Of a stretch of 64,000 nt of DNA, positions 23,170-37,100 are shown in pieces. Numbering within the stretch: position 1 is the stretch's first letter; each line of letters starts with the position of its first letter. Made by a program: the position numbers and the translations under genes. The stretch lies in contig OX597817.1 of the NCBI GenBank assembly GCA_951406725.2, positions 157,418,001 through 157,482,000 of the forward strand. Direction: 5' to 3'. The notes beneath the pieces are model-generated. The model worked only from the letters and a program-made list of their open reading frames with translations, made no database searches and was not told the DNA's origin. The DNA comes from Octopus vulgaris. Lineage: Eukaryota.

Positions 23170-26100
23170 GATGAGTGTATTTTTCCCTTGTTAACAATTA
23201 ACACAGAAAAATAGATAAATAGTTATCCGGGTAGCAAAAAATCACACAAGTAAAGAGGTTGTAACTCCTTGTTTTTAAAGATAGAAACTTCGGGTTTACT
23301 TGGAATTTTTTGTATAATATATAAATAAATAAATGGAGTTTAACGCAGGTATAATTCAAATACTTTTACTTCCGACACATGTTTCGAAGATATCACTGGT
23401 ATTATTCCAAAGGAATAAAATGGTGTAAACAATGTAATCTTCTCTTCAAGGAAGTGAAGAAATGAAACTTTCTGAAAATTTCTGTTAAAATGTCTTATTG
23501 ACGAGTTTCATTTCTTCATTTCCCTGAAGAGAAGATTACATTGTTTTACACCATTTATTCCTTTGGAATAATATCAGTGAAATCTTCGAAACATGTGTCG
23601 GAAGTAAAAGTATTTGAATTATACCTGCATTAAACTCCATTTATACATATATATATGAATGAGCTGGCCTTACTGAAGATGACTATGGAAATAGCTGAAA
23701 CTGGCCAGTCAGTCTAAGGAATTCTTGGTTTGGCATCAACCATGCTTGAATGGTGTATTTTATGTGCCACCATCATGGGTGCCAACAACTATGATTTCAC
23801 TTGACTCGACAGGTCTTCTCAAGCACAGTATATTGCCCGACGATTGATGAGTACTTTTAAACGGGCCAGTTATGCAACACTGGCATCAGCCACAGCTATG
23901 ATCTCACTTGAATTGCTGGGTTTTCTCAATCACAGCATGTCTCCAAAGGTCTCGGTTGCTTGTCATTGCCCCTCTGAAGCCCAACATTCGAAGGTCATGT
24001 TTTACCACCCCATCTCATGTCTTCCTGGGTCTACCTCTTCCACAGGTTCCTTCCATTGTTAAGGTGTGGCACTTCCTCACACAGCTGTCCTCATCCATAC
24101 GCAATATGACCATACCAGTGCAGTCGTCTCTCTTGCACACCATATTTGATGCTTCATGTGTCCAACTTTTCTCTCAGGGCACTTACTCTCTGTCGTGTAT
24201 GCACACTGACATTACACATCCAATGGAACATACTGGTGTCATTTCTTTCAAGTCTACGGATATCCTTAGCAGTTACAGCCCATGTTTCACTGCCATGTAG
24301 CATGGCTGTTCGCACACATGCATCATACAGTCTACCTTTTACTCTGAGTGAGAGGCCCTTTGTTACCACCTGAGGTAGGAGCTCTCTGAACTTTGCCCAG
24401 GCTATTCTTATTCCAGCAGCTCACTCTCAGAGCATCCACCCCAGCTACTCACTTGGTCACCAAGATAACAGAAGCTATCAACTACTTCTAGTTTTCTCCC
24501 CTGGTTTGTGATGGAATCTGTTTTCTGTACATCTTCGGTTTTTATCAAAAACTATCTTCCCAGTTAACCTTCTTTTGAGATTTTGGAAACCTCTTATGTG
24601 TGCATCTTAAGAAGTTTCTACCTGGGTGCATCTTAAGAAGTTTCTACCTACACCTTTTCTACAGATCAAGTAGGGCCATCTATATGAAGGGGTTTGTGAT
24701 TTGTCTGCCTTATGCACAATATGTGTGTGTGTGTTTCCTTGTTTGTGACATGGTGCAGTAATTTTAAAGGATTGGTCACTTTCATACTAGATGCATCATT
24801 TGTTTCCAATCTACCATGGAAACATGTCCTGCCGTGGGAAAGTATTACCTTGCCTGGAAACAGGTGAGGGATGGCAACAAGAAGGGCATCTTGGTTGGAG
24901 AACATCTGCTTCAACAAATTCTGTCCAACCCATGTAAAAATGGCAAATCATCATCATCATCGTCATCGTTTAACGTCCGCTTTCCATGCTAGCATGGGTT
25001 GGACGATTTAACTGAGGACTGGTGAACCAGATGGCTGCACCAGGCTCCAATCTGATCTGGCAGAGTTTCTACATGAGTGTAGTGCGTGCTTTTAAGTGCC
25101 ACCAGCATGAGGGCCAGTCAGGCGGTACTGGCAATGGCCATGCTCAAATGGTGTTTTTTACATGCCACCTGCACAGGAGCCAGTCCAGCAGCACTGGCAT
25201 CGACCTCGCTTGAATGTTTTTACATGTGCCACCGGCACAAGTGTCAGTAAGGTGACACTAGTAACAATCACGCTCAAATGATGCTTTTTACGTGCCACCG
25301 GCATGGAAGCCAGCTAGCTGCTCTGGCAACAATCACGCTCGGATGGTGCTCTTAGTGCTTCACTAGCACGGATGCCAGTCTTCGAATTTGATTTTGATTT
25401 CAAAGTGAGCTTTAAAATGATGGTGGCGGTGGTTGCAGTGATGATGTAGTTGTTGATGATGATGACGATGATGATGATGCACAACAAGGTCAAACACCAG
25501 TATTGTATATTTTCAAGTTAAATATCAACCACATTGGTATAACCAGTTTCAAACCACTTGCAAATCATTGTATTTCAAATGGATTTTGTGTTTATTGATA
25601 CAGAAGCTGAATGGAAGCACCACTGTCTCTGCGACTATGCTGATTGCACACAAAGTTGGGATTCCACTGTTTGTTACTGGTGGTGTCGGTGGAGTCCACA
25701 GAGGGGCTGAATCAAGTAAGAGGTTTACCACTTTAACTCTTTAACATTCAAATTACTTTTTCAAATAGAATGCTCATTTATTCACATTGTTTTGAATTAA
25801 TCAAGGCTTATAAATTCCACACAGCCTCGGTTTTGTTGTCTCATTTTATTTAACATATATATATATATATTTATATATTAAAGGAAAATGGACAACAAAA
25901 CTAAAGCAGAATGAGTATTTAGATTATTTAGAATTTTCAATTAGAGTAAGGTGAATCAAAAATGGAGAAGTAGAAGTAATTAATGTCTTACAACAGTTTC
26001 TGGGATATCCGGGGTGATAGGTCAACATCTCCATACACTAGGTATTCTGTCATCAGAGACAAAGGGTGTATGCTGGAAAGTTTCAGACAGAGAATTGATA

Positions 26101-28040
26101 GTGTATAAAAGAATAAGGCAGTAGACAAAAGAATAAAGACAGGAGAGTTTATACCTGCTGACTCGGAGGCCTACTACGGATTCCTAGCTCCAGCCTCAGC
26201 TGTGAACTTGGATGACCAATTATAGCACTTATGCGGCATGCCTATTGGTTTAGATCATCAGTGAACTAAACCGCTCATATTCTATACATACACGCGACCT
26301 TTGGAAATATGCTGTGCTTGAGAAGACTCAGCAAGCCCAAGTGAGACCATAACCTTGTGGCCTATGCCAGGGGTGTAACCAGGCCACTTATGTGTACCTT
26401 TCCTTCATTGGACACTAGACTCTGCTTGCGAAGACCTGTTGAGGCAAGTGAAATCGAAATTGAAAATCAAATTCGATGACTGGCATCCGTGCTAGCAGGG
26501 TGCAAAGAGCATCATCTGAGTGTGATCGTTATATAATATTTTTTATAGAATTTTGGTATTTTTATATTATTTTGATCTTCATCATTGTTTAACGTCTGTT
26601 TTCCATGCTAGCATGGGTTGGACAGTTTGACCGGGGTCTGGGAAGCCAGGAGGATGCACCAGGCTCCAGTCTGATCTGGCAGTGTTTCAACAGCTGGATG
26701 CCCTTCCTAATGCCAACCACTCTATGAGTGTAGTGGGTGCTTTTTACATGCCACTGGCACAGGGGCCAAGGGAGGCTGGCAATGGCCACGATCGGATGGT
26801 GCTTTTTACGTATCACCGGCACAAACGCCAGTCAAGGCAGTGCTGGCATTGGCCATGTTCGGATGGTGCTTTTTACGTGCCACCAGCACGGGTATCACAA
26901 CTACAATTTCCATTGATTTTAATTTTGATGTAGATGTACTTGATTCAGTAGGTCTCCTCAATACAGCAGGTCACCCTACGATCCAAGGTAAGCACAGCAG
27001 GCCGTTCTGCGAGCCATGAACTCACTTCATTGTTGGGTCTTTGCAGTCACAGCATATCTCAAGGGTCTTGATCTTTGATATTTTTATAAATTTAATATTT
27101 CTACAGAAATCAGCATTTTTACAAAATTTATTAGACCATGGTAATTTAGATGTGTTACGTTTTTTCTTTTCTAGTTCACTTTTGTATTATTTTTCACATT
27201 GTAATTGCCTTAAAAAGTTTTTATCTAACAAAATTTATATCATCATCATCATCATCATCATCGTTTAACGTCCGCTTTCCATGCTAGCATGGGTTGGACG
27301 GTTCAACTGGGGTCTGGGGAGCCCGAAGGCTGCACCAGGCCAGTCAGATCTGGCAGTGTTTCTACAGCTGGATGCCCTTCCTAACGCCAACCACTCCGTG
27401 AGTGTAGTGGGTGATTTTATGTGCCACCGACACAGGTGCCAGACGAGGCTGGCGAACGGCCACGCTCGGATGGTGTCTTTTATGTGCCACCGACACAGGT
27501 GCCAGACGAGGCTGGCAGACGGCCACGCTCGGATGGTGTTTTTTATGTGCCACCGACACAGGTGCCAGATGAGGCTGGCGAACGGCCACGATCGGATGGT
27601 GTTTGTTACGTGCCCACAGCACGGAGGCCAGTCGATGCGGTACTGGCTACGGCCACGTTCGGATGGTTAAAGATACAAATTCCATTGATGTTCATCTATT
27701 TTGATTTGTTTTGATTTATTTCTATAAAATTTGAAATGTTTTCCTAATTGATTTTTGATAATTGATATTTCTGATAATTTTCTTCTATTGGTGTTTGGAT
27801 GTTTTTATTTTGTTGTTTTCATTTTCAGCTCTGGACATTAGTGCTGATCTTGTTGACATGGGTCGAACACCAGTGACCGTTGTATCAGCTGGAGTCAAGT
27901 CAATCTTGGACATTGGTAAAACTTTAGAGTACCTGGTAAGTGCAGTTGCTTGCCCTTCTAGATATAGCACAGTGGGTTGATGTGATTGACTAGCCCCTAC
28001 CTCTCCAAGAATGTCAGATCTTGTGCCTATAGGAGAAAGG

Positions 28041-28139
<99 letters not shown>

Positions 28140-28617
28140 GTTGTTGAGTGGGAGAGCAGTGCATGCCATCAAAGTGACACTGAGGTAAAATATACGAAGC
28201 CCAGTATATACCCATCATGACTACCCGTCTGATAAGGGTACACTAGGCACATCCATCACAACCGTATGTGCGCGACATGGTGATCTCATATCAAGATAAA
28301 TAGCACATGACCTTGCAGGTGTGGCCCAGTTAGAATTTTCTTCAGGTCGAGTAGCCCATCCCACTCAAAAGGTCCCTGAATAAGGGTTAAGGATGCTGAA
28401 CGAAGCACCCATGTTTCCAGAGGTGAATTATTCAAACCCCAAAAAATTCCTCTCAACACATGGCTATGATGCTCCCCCACTAATTCTGCTCATGATCAGA
28501 GATGCACATATCGTCGGCCACTAAGGGACATGGTCAACTGGTTAAGGTCAAACAACTGACAAGCAAATCTGTGGCATTGAGCAGAATATTTGCTGTAGCC
28601 CATTATTATTATCAATA

Positions 28618-28649
<32 letters not shown>

Positions 28650-28925
28650 TTAACGTCCGTTCTCCATGCTAGCATGGGTTGGATGGTTCAACTGGGGTCT
28701 GGCGAGCCCGAAGGTTTCACCAGGCCAGTCAGATCTGGCAGTGTTTCTACAGCTGGATGCCCTTCCTAACGCCAACCACTCCGAGAGTGTAGTGGGTGAT
28801 TTTATGTGCCACCGACACAGGTGCCAGACGAGGCTGGCGAACGGCCACGCTCGGATGGTGTTTTTTATGTGCCAATTATTATTATTATTATTATTATTAT
28901 TTTTTGCCTTACTTCTCATTACTTC

Positions 28926-28959
<34 letters not shown>

Positions 28960-31144
28960 TTTTGCCTTACTTCTCAGAATGTTCGGTGTTGTTTGTTCTG
29001 GTAGATTCTGTCAGAGCAGACAGCAGCCTGCTGTCAGAGGTCTCACAGGATCTCTTTCCACACATTATAAGCTTTGATGCTTGGTTGTTAATTATTATGG
29101 GAGATTGTTGTTGTTGTTGTGGTCATTTGTGTATTGGGATTAATGTAATTGACAAACCCTTTGTGTTAACAACAAACAAGATGAAGACAAATATCTGTCG
29201 AATGTAAATAACGTAAACAATGTAAATAATGTAAACAATGTAAATAACGTAAACAATGTAAATAACGTAAACAATGTAAATAATGTACTTTTTTTTTTAA
29301 AGGAAACTCAAGGTGTCTGTGTTGCATCATTTGGACCATCCAAAGATTTTCCTGCCTTTTTCACCCCTAAAAGTGGCTTCCAAGCCCCCATGAATGTCAA
29401 CAATCCTCTCGAAGCCGCCCAGTTAATTGGTAAGTTTGTTGTTCTTGGATGTTCCCATTGGTTCTCGACTTCAAGATTTCTGTTAGTCCTAATGCCTCAT
29501 CACCACTGTTGCTACCACCACAGCTATCACCCCCATCACCATCATCACCATCATCACAGGTAATGGCTGTTTCATCACTGTCATTGTCATCATCATAACA
29601 AACATCATCACTACCACAACCATCATACTGTTGACATTGTCTTCTTCTCCATTACACCCATCACCACCGCCGCCGCTGCCATCACCACCACCACCACCAC
29701 CACCACCAATCATCCCCTTCACATACTACTTCATTTGTCTGAGGCAATAGTTCACTATACTCTTTACTCTTTTACTTGTTTCAGTCATTTGACTATGGCC
29801 ATGCTGGAGCACCGCCTTTAGTTGAGCAAATCGACCCCAGGACTTATTCTTTGTAAGCATAGTACTTATTCTATCGGTCTCTTTTGTATGAACCGCTATG
29901 TTTACGGGGACTTAAATACACCAGCATCTGTTGTCAAGCGATGTTGGGAGGGCCAAACACAGACACTCAAACATATACGCACACTTATCATCATCATCAT
30001 CATCATCGTTTAGCATCCGCTTTCCATGCTAGCATGAGTTGGACGGTTCAACTGGTGTCTGGGAAGCCAGAAGGCTGCACCAGGCCCAGTCTGATCTGGC
30101 AATGTTTCTACGGCTGGATGCCCTTCCTAACGCCAACCACTCCGTGAGTGTAGTGGGTGCTTTTTACGTGCCAGACGAGTCTGGCAAACGGCCACGATCG
30201 GATGGTGCTTTTTATGTGCCACCAGCACGGGGGCCAGGCGAGGCTGGCAACGGCCACGAACGGATGGTGCTTTTTACGTACCACCGGCACGAGGCCAGTT
30301 GGGGCGGTGCTGGCTACGGCCACGTTCGGATGGTTCTCTTACGTGCCACCGGCACTGGTATCACAGCTGCAATTTCCATTGATGTTGATCGATTTCGATT
30401 CTCACTTGCCTCAACAGGTCTTCACAAGTAGAGTTTTGTGTCCCAAGAAGGAAAGGTATGTATAAGTGGACTGGCTACATCCCATGTAGAGGCCACAGGT
30501 TATGGTCTCACTTGTCCTGCCGGGTCTTCTCACGCACAGGTCTCAGTCTCTAGTCATTTCCTCAGTGAGACCTAAAGTTCAAAGGTCGTGCTTCACCACC
30601 TCATCCCAGGTTTTCCTGGGTCTGCCTCTTCCACAGGTTCCCTCAACCGCTAGGGTGTGGCACTTTTTCACACAACTATCTTCATCCATTCTCGCCACAT
30701 GACCATACCAGCGCAAACGTCTCTCTTGCACACCACAACTGATGCTTCTTAAGTCCAGCTTTTCTCTCAAGGTACTTACACTCTGTCAAGTATGAACACT
30801 GATATTACACATCCATCGGAGCATACTGGCTTCATTTCTTGCGAGCTTACGCATATCCTCAGCAGTCATGGCCCATGTTTCACTGCCATGTAGAATGGCT
30901 GTTCGTACACACGCGTCATACAGACTGCTTTTATATATATATATACGTGCAGGTGGCACGTAAAAGCACCCACTACACTCACGGAGTGGTTGGAGTTAGG
31001 AAGGGCATCCAGCTATATAGATAAGACCGGAGCCTGGTGCAGCCTATATCCCCGGTCGAACCGTCCAACCCATGCTAGCATGGAGAACGGACGTTAAACG
31101 ATGAAGATGATGATACATATATATATATATGATGATGATGATGA

Positions 31145-31203
<59 letters not shown>

Positions 31204-32114
31204 CATATATAGGACAGGCTTCTTTCAGTTTCCATCTACCAAATCCACTCACAAGGCTTTGGTCGGCCCGAGACTATAGTAGAAGACACTTGCCCAAGGT
31301 GCCATGCAGTGGGACTGAACCCGGAACCATGTGGTTGGTAAGCAAGCTACTTACAACGCAACCACTCCTGCGCCTATTATTATTATTATTATTATTATTT
31401 TTATTGAGTGAGAGAGCAGTGCATGCCATCAAAGTGATACTGGGGTACAAATATATGAAGCCCAGTATACCCATTATGATTACCCATCTGATAAGGGTAC
31501 ACCAGGCACATGCATCACAACCATATGTGCGCGACATGGTGATCTCATATCAAGATAAACAGCACATGACCTTGCAGGTGGGGGCCAGTTAGAATTTTCT
31601 TCAAGTCGAGTAGCCCATCCTGCTCAAAAGGTCCCTGAATAAGGTTTGTTTAAGGACGATGAACGAACCACCCATGTGTTCAAGGGTGAATTATCCAAAC
31701 CCCAAAGAACTCCTCTCAACACATGGCTATGCTCCCCCACTACTTCTGCACGTAATCAGAGATGCACATATCATCAGCCACTAAAGGACATGGTCAACTG
31801 GTTACGGTCAAACAACTGACAAGCAAATCTGTGGTATTGAGCAGAATATTTGCTGTAGCCCATCTTTTATACCAAGACAAAACATGATTATTATTATTAT
31901 TAAGGCGGCGAGCTGGCAGAATCGTTAGCACACCAGACAAAATGCTTAGTGGCATTTCATCTGTCTTAATGTTCTGAGTTCAAATTCCGCCGAGGTCGAC
32001 TTTGCCTTTCATCCTTTTGGTGTCAATAAATTAAGTACCAGTTGAACACAGGGGTTCACGTAATTGACACATCCCTTACTCCAAAATGGTTGCCCTTGTG
32101 GCAAAATTTGAAAC

Positions 32115-32172
<58 letters not shown>

Positions 32173-34136
32173 GGTGGTGGTAGTGGTTGTAGTGGTAGTA
32201 GTGACAGTTCAGTCTGAGCTTATGTTCCCAGTTGTATAAGACAAAATCTCTTCCTAGATGTATCTGTGCTATTTTTGCTCTTCTAATGTTTTAATATAAA
32301 AACTGTTTATTTATTTATTTATTTTTTTCCTTTCAAGTCACTCACAGAGAGTTGTCTTTAGAGAACGGTATACTAATAGCAGTACCAATACCTGAACATT
32401 CTGCTTCCTCTGGGCATCAAATTGAAATGGCAATTCAAGAAGCAATTTCTGAAGCTTCGTAAGTTCATTGAATTGATTCACAAGATCACATTCTTACCCT
32501 CTTATCTTTTCGTTTTCAGTGATTTCATTATGATGTTATGTAGTATTTTACAATGGTGCAGATATCATATTATGTTTGGTTCTGTGGTTAAGAAGGTACC
32601 AAGCTGTATCGGCCGTTGCCTTTCCCTTGGATAACACTGGTGGCGTGGAGAAGGGAGGCTGGTATGCATGGCGACTGCTGGTCTTCCATAAACAACCTTG
32701 CCCGGACTTGTGCCTGGGAGGGTAAATTTCTAGGTGCAATCCCACAGTCAGTCATGACCAAAGGGGGTCTCAGTAACTACAATACACTGCATCATTTCGT
32801 AAGACAGATTACCCCAGCATACTGCAACACAACACAATGAACCACAACACTCTACTCCACATATTGAACCATGTCACCACAGGCTGCCACATACAAGTAT
32901 TATATTTTATCATCTTTCTTCTTTCAGGGCTCAAAATATTCATGGTCGTGATCTGACCCCTTTCATCTTGCGCCATGTTCACAAAGCTACCCAGGGAGCA
33001 TCTCTTGATGCAAGTATCCTTATTTAAATTGTCACAAAGTTAATCATTGTTCCTGAATGTAATAGGTGCCAGTGTGGCTGTGTGGTTAAGAAGCTTGCTT
33101 TTCAACCATATGGTCTTGGGTTCAGTCCCACTGCATGGCATGTTAGGCGAGTGTCTTCTATAACTGAGGATTGGCAATCAGAAGACTATCCAGACATAGA
33201 AAAGCTGTATTTCTAAGCAATCATTGAAACTTTAAATACTGTTGCAAAGTGAGTATCTTTACCACATAGGTGTAGGAGTGGCTGTGTGGTGAGTAGCTTG
33301 CTTACCAACCGCATGGCTCCGGGTTCAGTCCCACTGCATGGCACCTTGAGCAAGTGTCTTCTACTATAGCCTCGGGTCAACCAAAGCCTTGCGAGTGGAT
33401 TTGGTAGACAGAAACTGAAAGAAGCCCGTTGTGTGTGTGTATATGTTTGTGTCTGTGTTTGTCCCCCCAACATCGCTTGACAACCAATGCTGGTGTGTTT
33501 ACATCCCCGTAACTTAGCGGTTCAGCAAAAGAGACCGATAGAAAAAATACTAGGCTTATAAAGAATAAGTCCTGGGGTCAATTTGCTCGACTAAAGGCGG
33601 TGCTCCAGCATGGCCACAGTTGAATGACTGAAACAAGTAATACAATCATTATAATAGTCAGGAATCAACAGATTTATGAACCAGCCCCAGCACATCCAAA
33701 GTACCTTGGATTGCAGGATGGCCTGCTGTGCAAACCTTGGATTGTAGAGCGACCTGCTGTTCTTGAGGAGACCTACTGAGTCAAGTGCATCTATATCAAA
33801 ATTAAAATCAAATGGAAATTGTAGTTGTGATACTCATGGCAGTGGCACGTAAAAAGCACCATCCGAATGTGGCCGATGCCAGTGCCACCTTGAGTGGCTT
33901 CCGTGTTGGTGGCACATAAAAAGCACCAACCGATTGTGGCCATTGCCAGCCTCCTCTGGCCCCTGAGATGGTGTCATGTAAAAAGCACCCAGTACACTCA
34001 CAGAGTGGTTGGTGTTAGGAAGGGCGTCCAGCTGTACAAACACTGCCAGATAAGACTGGAGTCTGGTGCAACCTTCTGGCTTCCCAGACCCCAGTCGAAC
34101 TGTCCAACCCATGCTAGCATGGAAAACAGACGTTAA

Positions 34137-34169
<33 letters not shown>

Positions 34170-37100
34170 TAAAGAATCACTCATTATTAGTTGCTGTTTA
34201 GCAAGATCTACTTTTAATGTTCTAACAGTGATCAATTATCTATTATTGGTTGCAAATTTTGGCACAAGGCCAGCAATTTTGGAGGAGGAGTAAGTAGATT
34301 ATATGAGCCCCAGTGCTCAACTGCCACTTCTTTTATTGACCCCGAAAGGATGAAAGGCAAAGTTGACCTTGGCAGAATTTGAATGCAGAACCTATAGATG
34401 GATGAAATGCCGCTAAGCATTATGCCTGGCATACTAAAGCTTCCACCAGCTTGCTGCTCTCTAAACTGTCTATTATTCAAACATAGTATGTCTAAGATTA
34501 CATTTTATTTCTCTCTTTTAAAAGGAAATTTAAGAGAGATTTGACTGCTAGTTTTGGTAGATTTATCAGTCCCATAAAGCTTCAATTGTTGGTATGACTC
34601 TGTAAACATAGTATTTTTTTTTCTCTCTAGTTTCAGCTCAGAGCTACGGCCATGCTGATGCACTGCCGTTTTGCTACACTGTTATTATTCAGAGCCTCCT
34701 CTAATATCTGGCACTTGGTGAAGAATGGAGTTTGATATAGCTACCCTCATTTTCACCGCTTGCCGTGAGTTAGGTTTATCCGGGACTCTCGACAGGAAGA
34801 GGTCCAGCTTTGATTTAAAAACCCCTACATCTACTTTGTGCAAGTTCCTCAGACTCTTTGGGAGAATATTAAAAAGCTGTGGGCCCTTGAAACCCAGGCT
34901 GTTGCAGTAACTGGTCCTGAAGCGTGATGGCATTGCTGGGATCTTTGGCACTATGCAGTGTTGTCCCGTTCTGGCATTGGTGTAGCTTTCAATGCTAAAA
35001 TTACATATTTTTTTCTCTCTTTTAAAAGGAAATTTAAGAGAGATTTGGCTGCTATTTTTGGCAGATTTATCAATCCCATAAAGTTTCAATTGTTGGTATG
35101 ACTCTGTATTAGTCATATTCTGTGTTGCAATTTCCTAAGTATTTTCAATTAAAATATAAATATTTGTAAATAAGTGATTTCCATGGATTTTCTGAATGAA
35201 AGTAAATATTTTTTCTCTTTTTATTACAATTTCCTTGACTTTTCTCCTTGATATTGCTTTGATTTTGAACAATGCGGCTGTTGGAAGTGAAATTGCTAAA
35301 ATTTCTGCAGAGCTTTGGAGGTCAAAGGGTAAATTAAAGCATAATGTGAAAAAATCAACAAAAGATGAAAAAGTTGTAAGTATTTGTTTTTGTTTTCATC
35401 TTACAATGATTAGTATTTAAAAGTTAAAAGTGAAGGAATTAAGACACACGAGAAGAGATGAAACAATTTTTTTAAGCTGTAACAAAAGAAGTCTTTAGGT
35501 TAAAGAATGTTTTGATTTCATCATGTTAATAAATTTCTTGTTTTAGTGAATAAAAGTTTTAAAAAATCAACAGGATTAATTGTTAATCCTACCTTATAGA
35601 GTATTATATTTCTTTATTGTCCACAAAGGGCTAAACATAGAGGGGACAAACAAGGATTAAGTCGATTACATTGACCCAAGTGCGTAACTGGTACTTAATT
35701 TATTGACCCCGAAAGGATGAAAGGCAAAGTCGATCTCGGTGGAATTTGAACTCAGAACGTAACGGCAGACGACATACCATTAAGTATTTCGCCTGGTGTG
35801 CTAACATTTCTGCCAGCTCACGACCTTAATAGATGTTTTATAGATCTGTCTTATAGAGTATTAATCAGATCAGAGACCAATCTCCAGTGCTAGTCTATAA
35901 AAGGTAACTTTCTCAGAAGTTATTTGTGTTTGGCATACTAAATGTCATACAGCAAACTCTCTTCATCAGATTCTATGAACTGGTAGTAGTTCTTATCCTC
36001 TCCACCATCTCTGTAGCTGAGATTCTGACTTTGAGGTTAACTTCCATCAATTTATTTCCTCCAGTCCCATGCCTGTCCTATTACTAACTACCGTAAATCC
36101 TCAAGTATAATCCGCATTTTTTTCCCAAAATTTAAAAGTCAAAATCCCTAGTGCATATTATATACAAGGTTAAAAAGGAAAAATATTTTCTAAGCAATGT
36201 CCGAGTCTCTATTTGCTGTCTGGCAATGTTTGATCAGACGCATTTTGTGATGTCAGATGCGAAAATAACTTAAGCTAAGCCTGAAAGCTATGAAGTCATA
36301 AAAGAATAATCCATAACTTGCAATAAGCAACATTTATTAAAATAAAAGTATTCAGAACAAAGAATAACATGTAACAAAAACAATTTGCAAACATATTTAC
36401 ATTCCCATATAACAGTTAAGAACATCGCCATTATTGTATTACGCATGAACGGAACTGTTTGTTCAACTAGGTGCTGCTGGCTTAATTATGCTTGACTCAA
36501 GTTAGAGAAGGGGTGCGTATTATACACAAGGTTTAGGTTTTTCAGAAGTACAGCCCCCTAAAAATCCCCTGCGTATTATACTCAAGGGCGGACTATACTC
36601 GAGGATTTACGGTATATTCCCTTCTCCCAAACCTTCCATCCCAACTGACCTCTCATGCTTACCACCTCCTGCAACTTTACTCTTCTCCTATCTGATCCTG
36701 CTTCTTCTCACATCTTCCCTGAATACCCTCTCTCTTTGTTCAGATACAATCGTAACCTAGTTGACCTTCTGGCCCACAGCTCTGTCATCCTTTTCTATAT
36801 TCAACATGGATCTATTGTAATACATGTCTGTCCAAAATGTTATCACCCTGCATAGTCCCAGGTTTATTCGAAAACCACTGGCTGCTTAACTTCCAAAATA
36901 TCTGTTAGGCACTTTAGAATTATATTAGTTGATGTAAGATGTTAATTCTTATGATTTTGTGATAAGCAGCCCAACACCTTAACATCAAAATTACTGTATC
37001 TCTCCTTGTTTTATTAGAAAAATATTCTCTTCTCACAAATGTCATACTGTTAGTAACCTCTTAGGAGCTAATTTTTATTTTTATTCTATTTTGTCATATT

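Noticed and set aside
27281-27714. Repetitive ORFs ([15 protein letters not shown] repeats) resembling a novel protein
   Set aside because: They derive from ~60-bp subrepeats in the RTE 3' UTR, which occurs in many copies across the window.
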